From Lytechinus pictus (taxonomy: Eukaryota), in the NCBI RefSeq assembly GCF_037042905.1, contig NC_087250.1, positions 10,108,001 to 10,172,000 on the forward strand: a stretch of DNA of 64,000 nucleotides, written 5' to 3'. Both the position numbers and the translations under genes were made by a program. Under the pieces are notes generated by a model. The model was given only the letters and a program-made list of their open reading frames with translations, was not told where the DNA came from and searched no databases. Positions within the stretch are counted from its first letter, which is position 1, and each line of letters opens with the position of its first letter. Shown here piece by piece: positions 39,019-49,325 of this stretch.

Positions 39019-40338
39019 GTAAGAGATTTTAAGGAGATCAATATTTCTTATTCTTATTCTTCCTCCTTTTTTCTATTCCTCTTCCTCTTCCACTTTCTAT
39101 TACTCTCTCTATTCCTGTTCCTCTTTCTATTCCTTTTTCCTCCTCCCCCTCCTTTCTCTTCCTCTTTCTCCTTATCCTTCTTCCTCTCCTTATTCTCTTT
39201 CCTCCTCTTCTCTTTTTCTTCTCCTCCTTGTTCTCCTTCTTGTTCTCCTCTGTCTTCCCCTTTACCTTCTCTGTCCCTTCTTCCTTATCTTCTTTTTATT
39301 TTATTGTACTTCTTCTTTCCCCTCCTTTCTGTTCCTTGGACCATTTCTCTGTCTCTGCGTGTTCTCTTTGCAACCAGTATCACTTCAGTTTTCTGTGTCA
39401 ACGTTTGTGGAAAGTTTCATCGAGATGTCGTTCCTGATGGGCCTTGCTCAGGGTGTGAGCTGGCCGGGAGTAGCCAAGGTCCTGAAACAGGTACATGTAA
39501 GAGATTTTAAGAAGATGATACTTCTCCTTCTTCATCCTCTTTCTATTCCTCTTCTTTCCCCTCCTCCTCCTACTTCTTTTTTTTCTCTTTTTTTCTTCTG
39601 TTTTATTTCTTTTCTTCTATTTCTTCTTTCCTTTCCCTTCTCTTCCTTTGTCTTTTCCTCTTCCTTCCTCCTCCTCATTTCTTCTTCCTCTTCTTTTCTA
39701 TTTCTTTCTTTTCTTCTACTTCTTCTTTCTCATCCTTTGTTTCTTTCTCTGTTCTGCATCTTCTCTTTTCCACCAGCATTCTCTCACTTCATTTATCTTT
39801 CTCAAGGTGGGCGGAAGTTTTATCCCTATGTCTTTTCTCATGGGCGTGAGCTAGCCCGGAGTAGCCAAGGCCTTGAAACAGGTAACAGAGTTCAAGGAGA
39901 TGATACTTCTTCCTCTTCTTCTTTGTCTTTTTCGTTGTCTTCTTATTTTTTTTCTCCTCCTCTTCTTTTTCTTCTTCCTCCTCTCTTCTATATCTTCTTA
40001 TCTTTTTTTTTTACACACACTATGTGTGTTAGAACTAGAAACTACCAAAGCAGTGTGTGACCAGTCACCCCCAAACCTTATCTGTGTTGCCAGTCATCAG
40101 TGTGATCATTTTTTTCAGCTTCCATTTCAGTATCATGAATTACAGGTACCAGTTCTAGATCCACAATAATACAGTCACAATTTAACCTTGTTTTTGCATA
40201 CTCTCTCTCGAAATCAGTGTTTAATGCAGTTACTCTCAATTATCTTTATATGTAATTCTTTTGTGATCGGTCACCAGTGAAGTTTTATTTAATTTGAAGT
40301 TATTCTAAGTGGTATTATATTGTGTCTGGATTCTTTAG

Positions 40339-40474
40339 TGGTATTTGCCATCGGAGATCGGTCTATGGTGGAGCCTGATATCATCTGCTGCTAATGTCGC
40401 AGGGACTCTAGGACCCCTCGGTCTGGCTCTACTTGCCATCAACTTTGGTTGGAGAGGTGCTATGCAGTTCTGTG
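40339..40474 (+). CDS. SLC37A4: SLC37A4-like coding exon 3
   Basis: WYLPSEIGLWWSLISSAANVAGTLGPLGLALLAINFGWRGAMQFC (human [26 protein letters not shown]); TTTAG acceptor, G|GTAAGT donor. Confidence 0.93.
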
Positions 40475-40489
40475 GTAAGTAAAGTCCTC

Positions 40490-40761
40490 GGCCCCCATCT
40501 TTATAGAAGTTACGATTGATCCAATCAACCACAACTATGGCAAGCCAGCAACATCATCTAAAATTCATGTTTGTTCAAAACATTTTCTAAATATGATGTA
40601 TATTCACTCATTCATCATTTTCATGAAAATTTAGTGCACACTTCTCTTTGTTTACAAAGGACATTGTGCCAATGTCCAGTAGAAAAAAATGATGACATTA
40701 ATGGATTTCCATACAGTTGAGATTGATCCGATCAATCGTAACTCTTTGTAAAACGGGACCC
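40490..40761. mobile_element. Harbinger-like MITE (other copies at about 56129-56396, 59443-59725, 59797-60069)
   Basis: TTACAAAGAGTTRCGATTGATCC-type inverted ends and a shared interior; CWG flanks in several copies. Confidence 0.8.
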
Positions 40762-41092
40762 TGGTCTCACTGACCAACGGGCACAAAACGTATTCATAAC
40801 GGATATAGCGGACATCCGCTCCAGACAATGGGCGAACAATGAAATCACAGTGGATGGATATAGAGCGTATGGAACACGTATGCAACGTGTACACAACAGA
40901 TACAATAACGTTTTCCAACAGATGGCAAGATTCTTTTTCGATTTACATCCTCTTTGCATCCATAAGTGCAGTGGGACCAAGCCTTAAAATCAACTTTGTA
41001 ATTAGGCCAAATAGTGATTTGATCTTCAAAAAAAAACCAAAAAAATTACAAACTTAGCTTTATGTAAAAGAGCAATTCTCCTTCTTTGTAAT

Positions 41093-41293
41093 TTCCTTCA
41101 GCAAGAAAGTTATCCACATTGTGCTGCACTCAACCCAGGTGAGGTGAATGGGTACAGGTAGGATTAATTCCTTGAATGCATGAGCACTGAAAGGCAGCAC
41201 AGGCTAAAGCTGGAGTAATGATAATATTAAATAGCACCTCGGAATAGAATATTTCTAGATAGATGGTGCTATGTAAATGCCTATTATTATTAT
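41093..41293 (+). mobile_element. 5'-truncated SINE copy
   Basis: Same core and (ATT)n tail as 7283-7590; further fragments at about 47440-47657 and 53452-53550 (minus strand). Confidence 0.75.
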
Positions 41294-42074
41294 ACCGTCA
41301 AAATTTGATGTTTTAAAGTTTGAGAAATGACAAGATACAAAAGTTTCTTCAACACCACTGCTTGGAAGTTTTCAGCCACCTTGAAATCATCAATGAGTTG
41401 CATGCGAAAGTTCTCTGTAATTGGGCCAAATAGGAAATTGATCTTCAAAAGAAAGTAACTTTGGTTAATGTTAACGAACGATTCTCCTACATACTGTCAA
41501 AATTTGACATTGTAAAGCCGAATAAAAGACAAGAAACGATAGTTTCTTTAACAACCATTTTTTGCAGGACTGCTTGGAAGTTTGACTAAGATTGCTTGAG
41601 TGAACCTGAACTTCAGTCCTTGTTTTCTCATTTTATTCAAGTGCTTGTTGAATTTCTCCTGCATTGAATGAAATACTAAAGTGGGTAATTGTTGATCAAT
41701 TTGATCATTTTAAATTTAGGATGTGTTTTCTTTTTAACTCAATGAAAATCTTAAAGGGTTAGGGTTTTCAATATGGTGTAACGTTAGGTTTAGGGTAGGG
41801 TACAGAGTTGCCAACCCTTACACAATATTAATGAGATGTGTTCTGATGTAAATTCAGTGTTTACTTCCCGATTGAATGACAGAGCGAAAAACTTTTGTTA
41901 TCCCGTTTTGTCTCGTAAGAAAACATTTGGTTCAGCCGTTTAGTTATTCACATTGTAATTTCTTATCTGACTAGTATTCCGTAACGGTTGGCATCTCTGA
42001 GTGTGTAGTATCAAACCTAGGGTTGTAGTTGGAATTTCTAGTGGAATCTATAGCAGTGCAAATTTTTTTTACAG

Positions 42075-42191
42075 CTGGGAGTGCTATTGTTGTCGCTGCG
42101 ACGGCTGGATTCATAATACGAAGCTCACCCACTGATGTCGGACAGCCATCTCTACATGCGAACAGTGAACAATCAAAGAATAATGATACAA
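42075..42191 (+). CDS. SLC37A4: SLC37A4-like coding exon 4
   Basis: GSAIVVAATAGFIIRSSPTDVGQPSLHANSEQSKNNDT (human IHNEPADVG); TTTTACAG acceptor, A|GTAAGT donor; 117 nt phase 1-1. Confidence 0.9.
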
Positions 42192-42779
42192 GTAAGTGAT
42201 GTAGGGTGGAGTCCCCAGATTTCCGGGATATGGAAATTCATTCAGAAATCACATAAACAGATAAAGCTCACATAGTCTCATGGAAAACATATGCCGATAG
42301 TATACATTTGAATTATGACCAATAAAGTGAAAATCATAAAAAGCAAAGCAATCAAGAAAACACACACAAAAAAAATTTACAATTGCTTTATTGTATGTTT
42401 TGTTCATGTCAACGTATATGACGATTAAAACACAAAAAACACAGAAAACACAGAAATTGCATTTCATGAAACAGAAAAACTTTTTTATTTAGGGTTATCT
42501 AGTCTTGCTGTTACTTTTTAATAATCAGCTATCTTCAATTTGAATTAATCTGGTCAGAGCGAGCCATAGTTGTTTTCATTGAATATTTTATTTTTTCCAG
42601 CAAAGTCGTCTGAATCATCAAGTATTTTTGAGAATCTTGTCAGAACGAGTCATAATTGGTTTCATTGAATATGCTATTAAATCCAACAGAAACATCTGAA
42701 TTATCAAGTATATTGGAGAAACTTGTCAGAGCAAACCTTTTTTTTTTGTTTATTTTTAAAAATATAATATCCTTTCCAG

Positions 42780-42950
42780 CAAAAACATCTGAATCAGCGA
42801 GTACTTTTGAGAATCTCAAGTCCATCCTAACAAGCCCAGCACTCTGGGTTATAGCTCTACTCTTCATGATCAGTAACTTTCTTGTTACCGGGATGACAGA
42901 CTGGGGCCAACTCTTCCTGATACAAGAGAAAGGTCTTAGTCATACAACAG
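42780..42950 (+). CDS. SLC37A4: SLC37A4-like coding exon 5
   Basis: KTSESASTFENLKSILTSPALWVIALLFMISNFLVTGMTDWGQLFLIQEKGLSHTT (human TDWGQFFLIQEKG); TTTCCAG acceptor, G|GTGAGA donor. Confidence 0.93.
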
Positions 42951-43002
42951 GTGAGAGATATGGTAAGATTGGTGTGAGAGGTAAGAATGGTGTGAGAGGT
43001 CA

Positions 43003-44287
43003 GACTGGGACCAGTTCTTCTTGATACAAGAGAAAGGTCTTAGTCATAGAACATTTGAGAGATAATGTAAGATTTTTGAGAGGGAAGACTGAAACCAATT
43101 CTTCTTGATACAAAAGAAGGGTCTTAGTCATACAACAGGTGAGAGATAGGGTAAGATTGGTGTGAGAGGTAGGACTGGGACCAGTTCCTCTAGATACATG
43201 AGAAAGGTCTTAGTGATGCAGCTGGTGAGAGATATGGCAAGATTGGTGTGAGAGGTAAGAATGATGTGAGAGGTAAGACTGGGACCTGGGCTCCGTTGCA
43301 TAAAAGTTACTATTTTGGTAACTTTGCCATCCAATGGTAACTGGTAACCAATGGTAATGCTGATCAACAGCCAATAGGAATCAAGGATTTCATGGAAGTT
43401 ACATGTGCCATTGCATGGCAAAGTAACCATAATGGTATACAAATAGCGAATAGGCATGAGTGCGATGGTGCGAGATTTTGCATAAGGTGAAAGAAAGATG
43501 CTCTATAGAGAGTCTCTTTCTTTCACCAAACGCCTTGGAATCTAGCAAAAATACAAAAAAAAACAGAGTTTTCCCCTGCAGTAATCTATGTAAAGGGAGC
43601 AAAAATATTGAAAGCGAAAAGAAAAATCCCACAAGCGTGCATGATCTTGGGCAGCATTGCGCTTTTAGCCAGCATACGCATATTGGTATTGCGCCTTTAT
43701 TTTTACTGAGCGCAATGAATTAAATCGTATTGTGACGTCACTTCCTAAAGCCGTGCAACAGTACATTTTGGACGGTACATTTTGGATGGTACGTCGTGTG
43801 TTCAACGGTACAAATGTTTGACATTCAGTCTCCCATTTGCTAGCGTACAACAAGCTAAGTAGGCGTTGTACAATAACTTTTATGCAACAGGCCCAGTTCA
43901 TCTTGAAACAAGAGAAAGGTCTTAGCCATACAACAGGTGAGAGATAGGGTAGACTGGTGTGAGAGGTAAGACTGAGACCAGTTCTTCTTGATACAAGAAA
44001 AAAGTCTTAGTTATCCAACAGGTGGGAGATAGGGTAAGATTTGTGAGAGTTAGAGAGGGAAGACTGAAACTAATTCTTATTGATAAAAGAGAAAAGGTCC
44101 AACTCATACAACAGGTGAGAGATGGGGTAAGATTGGTGTGAGAGGTAGGACTGGGACCAATTTTTATTGATACAAGAGAAAGGTCTTAGTCATACAACAG
44201 GTGAGCGATAGGGTAAGATTAGTGTAAGAGAGGGTGCAGACTGAGTCAAATTCTTCATGGTACAAAAGAAAGGTCTTGGCCCTACCA
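43003..44287 (+). repeat. About 85-105-bp tandem array derived from the SLC37A4 exon 5 3' end and donor
   Basis: 8 extra copies of GACTGGGACCAGTTCTTCTTGATACAAGAGAAAGGTCTTAGTCATACAACAG|GTGAGAGATA... Confidence 0.92.
43288..43892. mobile_element. Harbinger-like MITE inserted in the exon-5 echo array
   Basis: GGGCTCCGTTGCATAAAAGTTA...TAACTTTTATGCAACAGGCC; splits one repeat unit at a CWG site; a relative lies at about 1073-1185. Confidence 0.8.
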
Positions 44288-44700
44288 TGGATAAACATAT
44301 TAGAGCCGTAGCAACTCATTACAAGCTTAGCATATTAAGGCCAATGCAGTCTCTGATGGTGAATCTGCATAGGCTTTATAATGTAACAGATATTTTCTCG
44401 TCTATCTGTTTCATAAATACTCAATTAATTTCCGTCCGTAGCTCTTTTCCCTCATATTTTCCCTGATGTTTTGGCAAAATATAAGCCCTTGTGGCAAAAT
44501 AAAGATCCGTCAGGGAACTGAAATGTTATATTAAACCTCTAGGAATTCAATGTCTGTATTGTGATTATGAGTAAGTTGCAGTGAAGCATGGATAATTCTT
44601 GGTTTTTGTTTATTTTTTATGGGCCACCCTGTATAACAAAAGGTCAAGAAGATACTTAGTATTAGACAGTAACTTTTGTTATGTTAACTTTGCATTGCAG

Positions 44701-44786
44701 GAAGCTCATTTACAAGTGCATATTCCCTTGGTGCTACCGTTGGCAGTATAACATCAGGATATATTACAGATAAACTTGTAGCAAAG
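44701..44786 (+). CDS. SLC37A4: SLC37A4-like coding exon 6
   Basis: GSSFTSAYSLGATVGSITSGYITDKLVAK (human [29 protein letters not shown]); TTGCAG acceptor, AAG|GTAAGT donor. Confidence 0.93.
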
Positions 44787-44856
44787 GTAAGTTATGCACT
44801 AAGTTCATTGACTATTGCATAATTCACTTGGTGCTCCTATAGAAAGTATAACATCT

Positions 44857-45076
44857 GGGGGATGTTTCACAAAGATTTAAGTATGACTTAGAGTTGCACT
44901 TAAATGCCGACGCATTCATGATGTGTAACGTGCAATCTTATTGATCAATATGCAGTAGTGCGTGCCCTCCTCGCATAATCTGACCAATGCTGTCATGCCT
45001 TTTATATTGCACGCAACTAGGCATTTAAGTGCGACTCTAAGTCATACTTAACTCTTTGTGGAAACCCCCCCCCCCC
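44857..45076. mobile_element. Palindromic MITE inserted in the exon-6 echo
   Basis: TTAAGTATGACTTAGAGT / ACTCTAAGTCATACTTAA inverted arms. Confidence 0.82.
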
Positions 45077-45589
45077 TTTATATATTGCAGATAAACTAGT
45101 AGCAAATGTAAGCTACAGCATCCCATGTCCATTTGGAAAACAGTTCTTCTCTCCTAGGTCCCATTTCATACATTTTTAATGACAAATGTATACTATTTAT
45201 AGCAAGTTTACTATCATTTAATAGCCATCAAATGGAATGATTTCATTCTCAGTGTAGGAATATAATACTTCTTCCACTTGCTTGAAAATCAGTTAGTTTT
45301 GTATAATATGCACATGTTGTATACTTTGATTATAATGTGTTGGCTTCCAGCAAGTAGGGATTTAGGTTTAATTTTAATGATTATTTTTTGTTATTTCTAA
45401 TATTAAAAGAGTACAGCGTAGGCTATCCAATGATGCAAAAAATCTTTAAAAATTTCAAGTCAAACTCAAATATCAGCAAATTAAAAAGGGCAAAATTAAA
45501 AAAATACAATATCTTTAAAAATTTCCCTTAGTCTCTCCTTGAGGGAAGCAGGCGAATTATGAACTATTATATTTTATTGATATGAACAG

Positions 45590-45703
45590 TATGGTCGGAG
45601 GCGGAGAGGAACATCACGGTATCCATGGTTACTGCTAATGGTTGCATTGAATCTTTTATCACTCCATGCCCTGAGAAATTACATCGCTCCAGAAACTTAC
45701 CAG
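45590..45703 (+). CDS. SLC37A4: SLC37A4-like coding exon 7
   Basis: YGRRRRGTSRYPWLLLMVALNLLSLHALRNYIAPETYQ; AACAG acceptor, CAG|GTAAAT donor; 114 nt phase 0-0. Confidence 0.88.
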
Positions 45704-46507
45704 GTAAATTTTGAATGACTTACGCTGAATACAAGTAATGTATAATTGTATGCAATTATTTTGAGAGAAAGGCTTTAAAATAATGATTAATTGTTGCCAG
45801 ACCCCCAGAGATACAGATATAGGAAATTCTGATAAAGTTAACTTCAACTAAATTTTGAAACCATTATTTAAAATGTATTAAAAAGAAAATTTAAAGAATA
45901 AGATCAATTTTCATAAAACCTGGAGAGTTGATAAAAATTAAGAATGATAGAGTACCATTTAAATGTTGGGAGCATTGATGCCATAGAATTCCTCAAGTTG
46001 GCAATAACTACTCTGTGGAATCGATTTCCTCATCGCATTCATAATATTTGAAATGTTTCAAAACTGCTCTCAAAACCCAGATGTTCAAAATTGCCTTCCA
46101 TTTCGTAGTATCCCTTATTTATCATTATTGTTTTTCTTTTATTCTTTGTAACTTTCCTGTACATGGAATATTCTCCTTTCCTTTACATCTTGAGTATGTG
46201 GTCCATGCGGATTGGCAATTTAAAGATACTCTACACTATCATTATTATTGAAAAAAATGATAATGATATTATTAGTATTGTTATTATTCTTGTAATTGTT
46301 ATCATTTATAATTACTACAATTATTATTATTGTTAGTAGTAGTAGTAGTAGTAGAAGTAGTAGTAATACTATTTTATTATCTTTTTTTATTAGGAGCTTC
46401 TATTGGTTAGTCTCTGCTTAGGTAATCCTAATCCATGTGGATTTGGTGCTTTAAAAATACTCTGCATTATTATTATCAGTATTATCATTGTTATGACTCT
46501 CCTTTAG

Positions 46508-46646
46508 GAGCTTATACTACTGATTGGTCTATGCCTAGGTGTTGCCCAGAAGAGCTGTGTGGCATTGTTTGGCATCCTCGCTGTGGAGAACTCTCCCATT
46601 CATTTATCAGGGACAGTGCATGCCTTCGCTGCTTTGGCTTCAAGCG
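46508..46646 (+). CDS. SLC37A4: SLC37A4-like coding exon 8
   Basis: ELILLIGLCLGVAQKSCVALFGILAVENSPIHLSGTVHAFAALASS (human [29 protein letters not shown]); TTTAG acceptor, G|GTGAGT donor. Confidence 0.93.
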
Positions 46647-48218
46647 GTGAGTTGGGACAGTGGCTTCTGACCCCAATTTTTTTTCTCTTTCACATGCGTT
46701 ACGATCATTATCTGATTAATTGGTCTGTGTTTTTATTATGGTGTCATATGCTACAGGCTACAAGTTTTGTGTTTGCGTTATTTACAATCATATTACGACT
46801 TCTTGTGTCCAGCATTGTACAATGGGTGATTTCAAGTTCGGTGTTAGTGTTGGTGTTAGAAGCTGATTTTGATTGCGTTTCCTAGCTCCAAAACCTATTC
46901 TGAGTTAGAACAAATAATGCAGATCACAATATTGACAGCTCAACACCAAGTGAGTGACTTTTCAGGACCATCTTCGTTTTATGTTCGTCGTTTTACTCAT
47001 GTGAAAATTGACCTAACACCAACACCAAGAAGTCAACACTGAACTTGAAATCACCAAATATCCCTGCACAGATTGCACAATATCCCTGCACAGATTGTAG
47101 GGTGCCCTTTTGCTGATTGTATTATGCCTTTACATTGTACAGTTTCTCTGTGCCGATAGTACGATGATTCTTTGTTCATTGTACAATAACTATTCTTCCG
47201 CTTTGTCCGACAAGAGTCACATAAGCAGACTGCCAATTTCGACTCAAGTCACAATCTATTCACAATACACACAGAGTGCATTAAGACGATTGTTCATACA
47301 CACATACACATTGGTGATGTGCGCATCACATTGTACTATGTACACACCAAGCCTTTCTTTACAATAAACTAGTTAAAACCTATTACGAACTGAATTAGCA
47401 TAGTCCTTGCAAAACCCCTCTTCCGGTTGCACCTTGAAATTAATAATAATAATAATAGCTGGATTTATAAATTGCTTTTTGCCTGAGGATACAAAGCGCT
47501 GCTATTATTACCCCGGCTTTAGCTCGAGCTACCATCACCGGCACTCGGTGCATGCAAGGAATTACTCCTGCCGGGTACCCATTCACCTCACCTGGGTCGA
47601 GTGCAGCACATTGTGGATAAATTTCTTGCTGAAAGAAAACACGCCATGGCTGGGATTGTGTGGCGCAGGAGTGATTCTCTCTGTGGCAGACAAAGGGATT
47701 AGGGGTACGATTTTAGAAAATGGTCAAGAAATAACAAAGTTTGGTCTCTTTGAAGGAATTTTTGTCTTTCCATAATTCTATTAAACAAATCTGTTTTCAC
47801 AATTTCCTTCCTGTAGCTTTCGCACAGTTTACAAAAGACTTAATGCATGGCTGGTTAAGTAAAATAGAGCTTTCAGTAGGTGCGACAGCTAGCTTTTAAA
47901 GCATCTTTATTTTATAAAAACTATTGAAATTCAATTTTTAGGAATCCAAATTGTTTTTAGTCACTCAAGCATGAACAAGGAATATTGTATACTAGGTTTA
48001 AGAAGGGATTCTACGCTTTACAATGACATAATTTGTCTGATTGAGTTATGATAAAAATCATCAATAAATTTATGTTTTGTTTTGTTTTTTCTGGGATGCA
48101 CTGAACAGTTCCTGCATTCTTACCCAAGGTGTGGCATTTTTATTATGTAATCTTGGAATTTACTTGTATATGCCATTTTAATACAATATATGCCCTCTCT
48201 CTCTGTCCCTCTCTGTAG

Positions 48219-48376
48219 TGGGTGGTGTATTAGCTGGGCTTCCTCTGACCTACATCTCACAGCATTATTCCTGGTCACACGCTCTCTACTGCATGGAATC
48301 GGTCTCATTTATCAGCCTTTATCACCATGCTCCTTATACGCAGGATGAACATGAGAATTGGCTACCAGTCTCCTAA
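48219..48376 (+). CDS. SLC37A4: SLC37A4-like terminal coding exon 9 (stop at 48376 as assembled; 48389 if one T near 48318-48320 is removed)
   Basis: VGGVLAGLPLTYISQHYSWSHALYCMESVSFISL (human [20 protein letters not shown]); CTGTAG acceptor; apparent +1 frameshift near the end. Confidence 0.88.
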
Positions 48377-48435
48377 AAAATCAGACTAAATTGGAACCCG
48401 CAAGGTCTCTATATGGTTACAATGGCATTGTTATT

Positions 48436-49325
48436 CATGGAGTGAAGCACATTCTCAGCCTTATCATAATGCTCCTTATACACAGGATGAACCTGAGAAT
48501 CGGTTACCAGTCTCCTAAAAAAGCAGACTGAGTTCAAACTCACACGGTTTATACATCATTCTTCATGGAGTGAGCTGATTTTTTTAGCTTTTTCTTAATA
48601 CTTACAATAAGCAGGAGGAACATGAGAATTGGTTACCAATCTCCTAAAAAAAAGCAGGCTGAGTTCAAACTCACAGGGTTTATACATCATTAATCATTCT
48701 TCATAGAGTGAGCTGATTTTTTTATCCTTTTATTAAATGCTGACAATATGCAGTATGAACATGAGAATTGGTTACCAATCTACTAAAAATTCAGACTGAA
48801 TTGGGACACATAACGTTTATATATGGACACAAATTTTTGATGGAGTGAAATCCTTTTCTCGGCCTTGTCATCATGCTCCTTATACGCAGGATGAACATGA
48901 GAATTGGCTACCAGTCTCCTAAAAAATCAGAGTAAATTGGAGCCTGCAAGGTCCCTCTATATGGTTACAATGGCATTGTTATTCGTGGAGTGAAATCCCA
49001 TTTCTCAGCATTATCATCATGCTCCTTGTACGCAGGATCAACATGAGAATTGGTTACCAGTTTCCTAAAAAACAGAGTTCAAACTCACAGGGTTTATACA
49101 TGTACATCAATAATCATTCTTCATGGAGTGAGCTGATTTTTTTAGCTTTTTCTTAATGCTTACAATAAGCAGGATGAACATGAGAATTGGTGACCAATCT
49201 ACGAAAAATTCAGACTGAATTGGGACACATTACATTTATACATGGTTACATATTATTCATGGAGTGAAGTCCATATCTCAACCTTATCAACTGCTTAAAA
49301 TATGCAGGTTGAATGTGAGAACAGA
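48436..49325 (+). repeat. About 130-145-bp tandem array derived from the SLC37A4 last codons and stop
   Basis: 7 extra copies of ...GCAGGATGAACATGAGAATTGGYTACCARTCTCCTAAAAAA.CAGACT... Confidence 0.92.

Noticed and set aside
38872..40060. 212-aa and 233-aa F/L/S-rich ORFs
   Set aside because: Exon 2 and its echo read through into CT-rich intron; low complexity
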